From assembly GCA_965215605.1 (NCBI GenBank), contig OZ244070.1:3552001-3616000 (forward strand): a stretch of 64,000 nucleotides of DNA, written 5' to 3'. Shown piece after piece: positions 36,861 through 44,663 of the stretch. Below the pieces are notes generated by a model that saw nothing but the letters and a program-made list of their open reading frames with translations, was not told the origin of the DNA and did not search any database. How positions within the stretch are numbered: the stretch's first letter is position 1; each line of letters begins with the position of its first letter. A program made the position numbers and the translations under genes. Source of the DNA: an uncultured Candidatus Binatia bacterium. Its GTDB lineage: Bacteria > Desulfobacterota > Binatia > UBA9968 > JAJDTQ01.

Positions 36861-38164
36861 GCGAAGACACCTCCCGGGACACGGCCGGCGCGTACCAGTG
36901 GATAGGAACGAACGTCACCAAGCCGGATGCGCTGGAAAAGGCGCTGGGGGCCACCGAGTACGTCGGCGACATGGTGATGCCGGGCATGCTCCACGCCAAG
37001 ATCCTGTGGGCGGGAATGCCCCACGGGGTGATCCGGAACATCGACACCGGAGAGGCCGCCCGGGTGCCCGGCGTGGCGGCGGTGGTCACCGCTTCGGACG
37101 TGCCCGGCACCAACCGTTACGGACTGGCCGTGCCGGACCAGCGGGCGCTGGCCGACGACAAGGTGCGGTCGGCGGGCGACGCGCTGGCACTGGTGGCGGC
37201 GGAGGACGAGGCGGCGGCGGAGGAGGCGGTGGCCAGGATCAAGGTGGACATCGAGCCGTTGCGTCCCATTCTTACCTACGAGGACGCGCTGGATCCGGAT
37301 GCGCCCGCGATCCACGAAGGCGGCAACGTGTTCCAGCACACCACCGTGCGCAAGGGCGATCTGGAACAGGGCATCCAGGAGTCCGACGTGATCGTGGAGG
37401 ACGCCTACCATACCCATCGCATGGATCACGTCCCCATGGAGCCGGAGGCGGGCCTGGCCTACGTCGATCCCTCCGGCGTTCTGAACATCCTGGTGGGGAC
37501 CCAGTATCCCTATCGGGACCGGCGTCAGATCGCCCCGGCCCTGGACCTGGCCATGAACAAGGTACGGGTGATCCAGGCCCCCATCGGCGGCGGCTTCGGA
37601 CGCAAGGACGACATCACGGCGGAGATCCACGTGGGCCTGCTGGCGCTGAAGACGCGCCGGCCGGTGCGCCTGGTCTACACCCGGGAAGAGTCTCTCATCG
37701 CCAACACCAAGCGCCATCCCATGGCCATGAGCTTCCGCACCGGCGCCCGCAAGGACGGACGGCTGACCTTCCTGGACGGCGACATCTACGGCGACACGGG
37801 CGCGGGGGTTTCCCTCGGCGCCTACGTCATCAAGAAGGCGGGCATCCACGCCACCGGCCCCTACGACGTGCCCAACATCCGGGTGGACACCTACACGCTC
37901 TACACCAACAATCTCGTCTCCGGGGCCATGCGCGGCTTCGGGGTGATGCAGGCGGCAGTGGCCCACGAGTCGCAGATGGACCAGTTGGCCCACCGGCTCG
38001 GAATGTCGCCGCTGGAGTTCCGGATCAAGAACTGCCTCAAGCCGGGGCTCGCCGCCTCCACCGGACAGTTGATGAACGAGGGCTGCGGCATCGAGGCGAC
38101 GCTGCAGCGGATCAAGGACTACATGAGCGCGCACGACCTGCGCTTCAAGCGGCCTCAAGCATGA
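36857..38164 (+). CDS. Molybdenum hydroxylase Mo subunit, N-terminal half (NdhL-like)
   Basis: PMEPE, GTQYP, IGGGFGRK, TKRHP, AMRGFG, HESQMD; ATGA overlap. Confidence 0.9.
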   Translation: MSEDTSRDTAGAYQWIGTNVTKPDALEKALGATEYVGDMVMPGMLHAKILWAGMPHGVIRNIDTGEAARVPGVAAVVTASDVPGTNRYGLAVPDQRALADDKVRSAGDALALVAAEDEAAAEEAVARIKVDIEPLRPILTYEDALDPDAPAIHEGGNVFQHTTVRKGDLEQGIQESDVIVEDAYHTHRMDHVPMEPEAGLAYVDPSGVLNILVGTQYPYRDRRQIAPALDLAMNKVRVIQAPIGGGFGRKDDITAEIHVGLLALKTRRPVRLVYTREESLIANTKRHPMAMSFRTGARKDGRLTFLDGDIYGDTGAGVSLGAYVIKKAGIHATGPYDVPNIRVDTYTLYTNNLVSGAMRGFGVMQAAVAHESQMDQLAHRLGMSPLEFRIKNCLKPGLAASTGQLMNEGCGIEATLQRIKDYMSAHDLRFKRPQA

Positions 38165-38184
38165 GGCTCATGAGCTGAACGGCC

Positions 38185-39198
38185 ATGGCAACAAGAAAAG
38201 GCTTGGGCATCGGCTCCATGTACTACGGCATCGGCTACGGCTTCAGCCGCGCCGACATCGGCTCGGCCGAGATCGAGATGGCCGAGGACGGCACCACCAC
38301 GATCTACTCGGGCGCATGCGACATGGGCCAGGGGGTCATGACGGTGGTGACCCAGGTCGCCGCGGAGGAGCTCGGCATCGAGCCCGACCAGATCCGCGTG
38401 GTGGCCGCCGATACCGGCAGTACGCCGGACGCCGGGCCCACCTCGGGCAGCCGCGCCACTTTCGTGCAGGGCGTGGCGGTGCAGAACGCGGCCCAGGAGT
38501 TGCGCGGGCAGATCCTGGACATGGCCTCGCGCATGCTGGAGTGTCCGAGGGAGAACCTGCACGTGCGGCGGGGCGAGGTGTGCGAGGCCGGCACCGACCG
38601 GCCGCTGGTGTCGGTGGGCAAGGTGGCGCATCAACTCCATTTCCATGGGCGGCGGGCGGCGGCCTGGGGCTGGCACGACAACACCACCGCGGACGTGGAC
38701 CCGGAGACCTCTCAGGGCGACGCCTACGCCACCTACGGCTGGGCCACGCAGTTGGCCGAGGTGGAGGTGGACACCGAGACCGGCCGCATCCGGCTGACCA
38801 AGCTGGTGTCGGCCACCGACGCCGGCAAGGCCATCAACCCGGTGGCGGTGGAGGGGCAGATCGAGGGCGGCGCCGCCATGGGCCTGGGCTACGGCCTCTA
38901 CGAGCAGCACATCCTGGAGAACGGCGTGCCGCGCACGGCATCCCTGGCATTCTATCTCGTGCCCACGTCCATGGACGTGCCGGACATCGAGTGCGAGATC
39001 GTGGAGGTGCCCGATCCCAAGGGGCCGTTCGGCGCCAAGGGCGTGGCCGAGCCGGCCACCATTCCCACGACGCCGGCCATCCTCAACGCCATCTACGACG
39101 CCATCGGCATTCGCATCACCGAGACTCCCATCACGCCGGAACGGGTCTTCTTCGCCATCCAGGAGGCCAGGGCCCGGGGCGAGTTCGAAGAAGACTGA
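38185..39198 (+). CDS. Molybdenum hydroxylase Mo subunit, C-terminal half (NdhM-like)
   Basis: RKGLGIGSMYYGIG start, DMGQG, TSGSRAT, EGQIEGG, GPFGAKGVAEP (catalytic Glu). Confidence 0.9.
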   Translation: MATRKGLGIGSMYYGIGYGFSRADIGSAEIEMAEDGTTTIYSGACDMGQGVMTVVTQVAAEELGIEPDQIRVVAADTGSTPDAGPTSGSRATFVQGVAVQNAAQELRGQILDMASRMLECPRENLHVRRGEVCEAGTDRPLVSVGKVAHQLHFHGRRAAAWGWHDNTTADVDPETSQGDAYATYGWATQLAEVEVDTETGRIRLTKLVSATDAGKAINPVAVEGQIEGGAAMGLGYGLYEQHILENGVPRTASLAFYLVPTSMDVPDIECEIVEVPDPKGPFGAKGVAEPATIPTTPAILNAIYDAIGIRITETPITPERVFFAIQEARARGEFEED

Positions 39199-39213
39199 GG
39201 CGGGAGGAACGCA

Positions 39214-39903
39214 TTGGGTCATCGCGTCGGACTGCTTGTCCCTTCGTCGAACACCGTCATGGAGGTGGATTTCTACCGCCATCTGCCGGCGTCGGCCACG
39301 GTCCACACCGGCCGGATGTACATGGAAGCCACCACGGTCAAGGGCGAGGAAGAGATGCTCGACGAGCACTGCCTGCCGGCGGCCGCCGACGTGGCCACCG
39401 CCAGGCCGGACCTGATGGTGTTCGGCTGCACCAGCGCGGGGGCGCTGCGGGGCAATGCCTACGACGCCGATCTGTGCCGCCGCATCTCCGACGTCGCCGG
39501 CGCGCCCACCGTCAGCGTCATCGAATCGGTGCGGCGCAAGCTCGCGTCGCTGAAGGTCAAGCGGGTGGCGGTGCTGACACCCTATATCGAAGACCTCAAC
39601 GTCCGCATCAAAGCCAGCGTGGAGGATGACGGCCTTGAGGTGGCATCGATCCACGGCATGGGGATCAGCGTCAACTTCAACCTGGCGCTGGTGGAGCCGC
39701 CGGAGATACTGGCCTTCGCCCGGGAGAAGCTGGGCGCCCGGCCGCAAGTGGACGCCCTGTTCATTTCGTGCACCAACTACCAGGCGGTGGCGACACTGCC
39801 GGAATTGAAGAAGCTGTACGACATGCCCATCGTCACCAGCAACCAGGCCGCCCTCGAAGCCGTGGGCCGGCAACTGGACGTGGGGTTGGTGGACATGGGT
39901 TGA
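39214..39903 (+). CDS. Maleate cis-trans isomerase / Asp-Glu racemase family protein
   Basis: GLLVPSSNTVME, FGCTS and ISCTN (two-Cys dyad), VTSNQA; TTG start after GGAGG. Confidence 0.88.
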   Translation: MGHRVGLLVPSSNTVMEVDFYRHLPASATVHTGRMYMEATTVKGEEEMLDEHCLPAAADVATARPDLMVFGCTSAGALRGNAYDADLCRRISDVAGAPTVSVIESVRRKLASLKVKRVAVLTPYIEDLNVRIKASVEDDGLEVASIHGMGISVNFNLALVEPPEILAFAREKLGARPQVDALFISCTNYQAVATLPELKKLYDMPIVTSNQAALEAVGRQLDVGLVDMG

Positions 39904-39915
39904 GGAGGAAACCCG

Positions 39916-40788
39916 ATGGAATTCATGAAACTCGACGGCGCCGTGGACCTGCACGTGCACTCCTATCCGTGCGTGTTCCAGCGGCGGGTGGATGACCGGG
40001 AGGCGGTCAAAGCCGCCTCGGACGCGGGCATGGCGGCCATCGTGCTGAAGTGCCACCACGAGAGCACGGTGAGCCGCGCGTATCTCATTCAGAAGGAGTT
40101 TCCCGACATCAAGGTGTTCGGCGGCGTGGTGATGAACCAGTTCGTGGGCGGCATCAACCCGGCGGCGGCGGAGGTGGGGCTCCGGCTCGGCGCCAAGGAG
40201 ATCTGGATGCCCACCATCGACGCGGCCCATCACGTGGAAATCCACGGCGCCCGGGGCAGCTACGACACCCAGACCAGCGGCTCGGACTTCGTCTGGGGCG
40301 ACCCCATCTCCGCGGTCAAGGACGGCAAGGTGGTGGACGAGGCCCTGGTGGTGCTGGAGCTCGTCGCCAAGTACGACGCCATCCTGGGGACCGCGCACCT
40401 CTCCCTCGCAGAGATCGAGCTGCTGGTGAAGGCGGCCCACGAGCGGGGGGTGAAGAAGATCCTGATCACCCACCCGTATTTCCGGGTGCCCGCGGGCATG
40501 AACCTGGACTTCCTGAAGCAGATGATGCGCTACGGCGCCATCGGCGAGTTCGGTTACTGCACCATCTCGCCCATGTGGGCGTACGTGAACCTGGAGTTCA
40601 CCAAGGGCATCATGGACTCCATGGGTTTCGACAACTGCGTGGTCATGAGCGACACCGGCCAGTCCCACAACCCGCTGCCGCCGGAGGCGTTGTGGCTCTA
40701 TGCCCAGGGGCTCTACGAAAAGGGAGTCTCGCCCAGGAACGTGGAGAAGCTCATCGTCGACAACCCTCGGGCGATGCTTGGCATCTGA
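39916..40788 (+). CDS. Metal-dependent amidohydrolase-fold protein (DUF6282-like)
   Basis: DLHVH, VLKCH, GGINP, WMPT, TAHL, THP, SDTGQ motifs. Confidence 0.8.
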   Translation: MEFMKLDGAVDLHVHSYPCVFQRRVDDREAVKAASDAGMAAIVLKCHHESTVSRAYLIQKEFPDIKVFGGVVMNQFVGGINPAAAEVGLRLGAKEIWMPTIDAAHHVEIHGARGSYDTQTSGSDFVWGDPISAVKDGKVVDEALVVLELVAKYDAILGTAHLSLAEIELLVKAAHERGVKKILITHPYFRVPAGMNLDFLKQMMRYGAIGEFGYCTISPMWAYVNLEFTKGIMDSMGFDNCVVMSDTGQSHNPLPPEALWLYAQGLYEKGVSPRNVEKLIVDNPRAMLGI

Positions 40789-40823
40789 CGGGCTACGGAA
40801 AGAGACGGGCGGAAAGGACGGCC

Positions 40824-41858
40824 ATGACGGATTGGGCATCCCGGGGACGGATCGCGGAAGACATCACCGAGGCGGCGGGGCTGACGCCCTTGCTCCGGTT
40901 GCGCAAGGTGGCGGCGGGCCCGCAGGCGTTGTGCGGCAAGCTCGAGTTCATGAACCCGTCATCGAGCCTCAAGGACCGTATCCTGCGGCGCATGGTGCGG
41001 AGCGCGGAGGAACGGGGGGAGCTCAAGCCCGGCATGACCATCCTGGAAGCCTCCACCGGCAGCACCGGCATCGCCACTTCGATGATCGGCGCGGTGTGCG
41101 GCTACCCGGTGGTGGTGGTGATGCCCGAGGGCATGAGCGAGGAGCGCAAGGCCTCCATGCGCGCCTACGGCGCGGAGCTGGTGCTGACGCCCGGGGCGGA
41201 GAGCGACGTGGACCTGTGCCTGGAGAAGGTGGAGGAGTTGAAGCGCGCCGAGCCGGACCGCTACTGGGAGCCCGGCCAGTTCTCCAACCGGGACAACATC
41301 GCGGCGCACTACGAGACCACCGGGCCGGAGATCTGGCACCAGACCGAGGGGCAGGTGGACGTGTTCGTGGCTTCCCAGGGCAGCGGCGGCACCGTATCCG
41401 GCGTCGGCAAGTATCTGAAGGAGCGGAACCCGGAGGCGAAGATCTACGCCGTGGAGCCCGAGGAATGCCCGATCCTGTCGGGCGGGACCTGGGGACCCCA
41501 CGCCATCGAAGGCATCGGCGACGGCTTCATCCCGGAGAACCTGGACCTGGACTACGTGGACGGCGTGGTGACGGTCTCGTCCGAGGATTCCATCGCCATG
41601 GCCCGGCGCTTGGCCCGGGAGGAAGGCGTCCTGTGCGGCATTTCGTCCGGCTGCAACGTGGCGGCGGCCAACAAGCTGTCGGCGGCGTTGCCGTCCGCGA
41701 AGATGATCGTGACCATGATCAACGACACCGGCATGCGCTATTTCTCCACGCCGCTGTTCGGGAAGGACGAGGCCACCGAGATCCCCGACCGCGAGCATCC
41801 CATTCGTGAAGAAGACAAGGCCAATCTGGCGCACCGGAACCTGCATATCGTTCGTTAG
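40824..41858 (+). CDS. Cysteine-synthase-like PLP fold-II enzyme (divergent)
   Basis: KLEFMNPSSSLKDR, EASTGSTG, QFSN..N, HYETTGPEI, GSGGT, IEGIG, GISSG; ATG 40824 after AAAGGA. Confidence 0.85.
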   Translation: MTDWASRGRIAEDITEAAGLTPLLRLRKVAAGPQALCGKLEFMNPSSSLKDRILRRMVRSAEERGELKPGMTILEASTGSTGIATSMIGAVCGYPVVVVMPEGMSEERKASMRAYGAELVLTPGAESDVDLCLEKVEELKRAEPDRYWEPGQFSNRDNIAAHYETTGPEIWHQTEGQVDVFVASQGSGGTVSGVGKYLKERNPEAKIYAVEPEECPILSGGTWGPHAIEGIGDGFIPENLDLDYVDGVVTVSSEDSIAMARRLAREEGVLCGISSGCNVAAANKLSAALPSAKMIVTMINDTGMRYFSTPLFGKDEATEIPDREHPIREEDKANLAHRNLHIVR

Positions 41859-41942
41859 GTGCCTTTTTCGCTCCACAGTGCGGTGCGGGCGCGGGCAACG
41901 GCCGTGCACCCTGGAACCTGCGCTCCAAGAAGCGAAACTGCA

Positions 41943-41965
41943 GGGGCGGGTTTCAAGCCCGCCCG
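41943..41965 (+). repeat. REP-like palindrome
   Basis: GGGGCGGGTTTCAAGCCCGCCCG, identical to 34466-34488. Confidence 0.65.
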
Positions 41966-41995
41966 CATAAGGATCAACCGGACGGGACGCCGCCG

Positions 41996-43231
41996 ATGCC
42001 CCTCCCCGAAAGCCTGACCTGCGTCCTGTGCGGTGCCGCCTACCCGGAAGGTGCCAACCAGTACAGTTGCCCGGAATGCGGGGAACTGGGGACCCTGCGG
42101 GTGTCCTACGACTACGACCGGATCAAGGCATCGGCGAGCCGTGACGGCTTGGCCGCCGTGCCGTTCCGGGATCACTGGCGCTATCTGCCGCTACTGCCCT
42201 TGGCCGCCGACCGGGTCGAGTTCCCGCTGGCGGTGGGAGGAACGCCGCTCCATCCGGTGCCCGGCCTGCGCAAGGAACTGGGCCTGGAACGGCTCTGGGT
42301 CAAGGACGATACCGCCAATCCGTCCGCTTCGCTGAAGGATCGGGCCAGCGCCGTGGTGCTGCTCAAGGGAAAGGAGCTGGGCCGCCGGGAGTTCGCCGCC
42401 GCCTCCACCGGAAACGCCGGCGCATCCCTGGCGTGCCTGTCGGCGGCCCTGGGGCTTCCCTGCCACGTCTTCGTGCCCGAGTCGGCGCCGAGGGCCAAGG
42501 TGGCGCAGCTCGTGGTCTTCGGCGCCGACGTGCTCTCCGTCCGCGGCAGCTACTCCGAGGCGTTCAGCCTGTGCGTCGAGGCCAGCGAGCGCTTCCGGTG
42601 GTACAACCGCAACACCGGCTACAATCCCTACACCGTGGAGGGGAAGAAGACCGTGGCGCTGGAGATCGCCGAGCAGCTCGGCTGGGAGCCGCCCGATACG
42701 ATCATCGTTTCCACCGGCGACGGCTGCATCCTGAGCGGCATCTGGAAGGGGTTCACGGATCTCCATCGGCTGGGGTGGATCTCCCGGCTGCCGCGGCTGG
42801 TGGCGGCCCAGGCCGAGGGCTCCCAGTCCATCAAGCAGGCCTTCGACGGCGACGGCATCATCCGCCCCGTGGCGGAAGACACGCTGGCGGACAGCATCAG
42901 CGTCGCGTTGCCGCGGAACGGAGTGATGGCGGTGCAGGATCTCAAGGCCTCCGGGGGGAACGCGACAAGCGTGTCCGACGGCGAGATCCTCCAAGCCATG
43001 CCGCTGCTGGGCAAGACCACGGGACTGTTCGCGGAGCCGGCCGCCGCCGCGGCCGTGGCGGCGCTCGTGAAGCTCGTGGACCAGGGCGAGCTCTCGTCCG
43101 GCGAGCGCGTGGTCGTCCTGTCCACGGGCCACGGCCTCAAGGACGTCGACGCGGCATTGCGGGCGGTCGATCCGCCGGAACCGGTCGACTGCTCGATTGA
43201 CGCGGTAAGGGAAAGAATACAAAGGTCATGA
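41996..43231 (+). CDS. Threonine-synthase-like PLP enzyme with N-terminal Zn ribbon
   Basis: CVLC...CPEC, NPSASLKDR, ASTGNAG, EGKKT, TGDG, TGHGLKD. Confidence 0.85.
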   Translation: MPLPESLTCVLCGAAYPEGANQYSCPECGELGTLRVSYDYDRIKASASRDGLAAVPFRDHWRYLPLLPLAADRVEFPLAVGGTPLHPVPGLRKELGLERLWVKDDTANPSASLKDRASAVVLLKGKELGRREFAAASTGNAGASLACLSAALGLPCHVFVPESAPRAKVAQLVVFGADVLSVRGSYSEAFSLCVEASERFRWYNRNTGYNPYTVEGKKTVALEIAEQLGWEPPDTIIVSTGDGCILSGIWKGFTDLHRLGWISRLPRLVAAQAEGSQSIKQAFDGDGIIRPVAEDTLADSISVALPRNGVMAVQDLKASGGNATSVSDGEILQAMPLLGKTTGLFAEPAAAAAVAALVKLVDQGELSSGERVVVLSTGHGLKDVDAALRAVDPPEPVDCSIDAVRERIQRS

Positions 43232-43291
43232 TGGGCGGAAGATGGGTGGCGCAACCGGGAACGAGAACGAATGGGAGGCAAGGAGAATCGA

Positions 43292-44659
43292 GTGCCACAG
43301 GATCTACAGAGTTTCTTGAAGCGATTGAAGGAGGAATGCCCCGAGCAGTTCCTCGAGGTGGACGAGCCGGTGTCCCGGGAGTTCGAGGCCACGGCCCTGG
43401 TCATGGAGGCGGAGCGGCTGCCGTCCTGCCCGGCGGTGATGTTCCGGAACATCACCGGGAGCGAGTTCACCATGGCGGCCAACGTGCTGGCCCACCGTCC
43501 GCGTCTGGCCTGGGCCTTCGGGACGTCGGAGGAGGGGCTGGTGCACGAGTTCAAGGAGCGCATCCAGAGGCCCATGTCCCCCGAGGTGTCCAAGGATGCC
43601 CCCTTCCGGGACAATACCCTGCGGGAGGCGGCGGTGGATCTGGGACAGCTCCCCATTCTGACCCATTTCGAGCAGGACGGCGGCCCCTACGTGACCGCCG
43701 GGCTGTTGGTGGCGCGGGATCCGCAATCCGGCATGAGCACGGTGGGTTTTCATCGCATGCAGCTCAAGGGGCCGCGCAAGCTCGGAGTCAGCCTGCACTC
43801 CCGGCGCCGCATGTTCGAGTACTTCCGGCGCGCCGAGGAAAAGGGCGAGTCCCTGGAAGCCGCGGTATGCATCGGCGTGCACCCGCTGATCTCCCTGGGC
43901 GCCTTGACGTTACCGCCGGCCGGGGTCGAGAAATTTGCGCTCCAGGGAGGGCTCCTGGGCGAGCCTTTGGAGTTGACGCCCTGCGCCACCGTGGACGTCG
44001 ACGTGCCCCGGTGGTCGGAGATCGTCATCGAGGGACGGATCCTCAAGGACGTGCGGGAGAAGGAAGGGCCGTTCGGCGAGTTTACGGGGTACGCTTCGAG
44101 CCGGAGCACGGAGAACGTCTTCGAGGCCACCGCACTGCACTACCGCAACGGCGCCGTCTACCAGGACATCAACGGCGGCGACAGCATGGAGCATTGCCGC
44201 TGTCTCTCCATGCCCCGTGAGGTGGAGTTCACCAACGTGCTGGGCAAGACCATACCCAACCTCAAGGCGGTGCACGTGCCGGTGCGCTCGGGCATCGGCA
44301 GCTTCCACTGCTACGTGTCCCTGCGCAAGACCGCCGAGGGGCAGGGGAAGCAGGCCATCTTCAGCGTCCTGGGCGCCGACCACTACGTCAAGCTGGTGGT
44401 GGTGGTGGACGACGACATCGACATCTTCGACGAGGAGCAGGTGCTGTGGGCCATCGCCACCCGGATGCAGGCCAACAGGGACGTCTTCATCATCGACGAG
44501 GCCATGGGAACGCTGCTGGACCCGTCGGCCACTGACGCCGTCACGGCGAAGATGGGCATCGACGCCACCAAGCCCCTGGGCGAGTACGCCTCGACCCTTT
44601 CCATCGAGCCGGGCGCGGTGGAGCGGGCGCGCCGGCTCATGAGCAAGCTGACCGGTTGA
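43292..44659 (+). CDS. UbiD family protein, paralog 3 (atypical metal-ligand residues)
   Basis: DGGPYVTAG, EGPFGEFTGY, VDDDID...WAIATRMQ, LDPS, KMGIDAT; GTG 43292 after AAGGAG. Confidence 0.92.
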   Translation: MPQDLQSFLKRLKEECPEQFLEVDEPVSREFEATALVMEAERLPSCPAVMFRNITGSEFTMAANVLAHRPRLAWAFGTSEEGLVHEFKERIQRPMSPEVSKDAPFRDNTLREAAVDLGQLPILTHFEQDGGPYVTAGLLVARDPQSGMSTVGFHRMQLKGPRKLGVSLHSRRRMFEYFRRAEEKGESLEAAVCIGVHPLISLGALTLPPAGVEKFALQGGLLGEPLELTPCATVDVDVPRWSEIVIEGRILKDVREKEGPFGEFTGYASSRSTENVFEATALHYRNGAVYQDINGGDSMEHCRCLSMPREVEFTNVLGKTIPNLKAVHVPVRSGIGSFHCYVSLRKTAEGQGKQAIFSVLGADHYVKLVVVVDDDIDIFDEEQVLWAIATRMQANRDVFIIDEAMGTLLDPSATDAVTAKMGIDATKPLGEYASTLSIEPGAVERARRLMSKLTG

Positions 44660-44663
44660 CCGC

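Noticed and set aside
36857-39198. Split Mo subunit as a frameshifted pseudogene or Sec read-through of the L-half stop
   Set aside because: The halves are in different frames, a second TGA follows in the L frame, both halves keep all motifs, and a natural split at this point is known.
35485-39198. Aerobic CO dehydrogenase
   Set aside because: No AYxCSFR or AYRGAGR active-site loop; the motif is AMRGFG.
39214-39903. Arylmalonate decarboxylase
   Set aside because: Both catalytic Cys are present (GCTS, SCTN), fitting an isomerase/racemase; AMDase has Gly at the first position.
38155-40839. 894-aa minus-strand ORF, and similar long ORFs at 15379-17661, 21203-23716, 24306-26456, 29903-32053, 55971-58295 and 61777-63858
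   Set aside because: Antisense shadows of well-supported plus-strand genes, as expected with high GC3 codon usage; no recognisable motifs.
40050-41858. Long N-terminal extensions in the ORF track (also 1722, 8522-9826, 15715, 32847, 36677, 51700, 52782)
   Set aside because: Each overlaps another real gene in a different frame or strand, or runs through intergenic DNA; internal starts with an RBS or stop-start overlap fit better.
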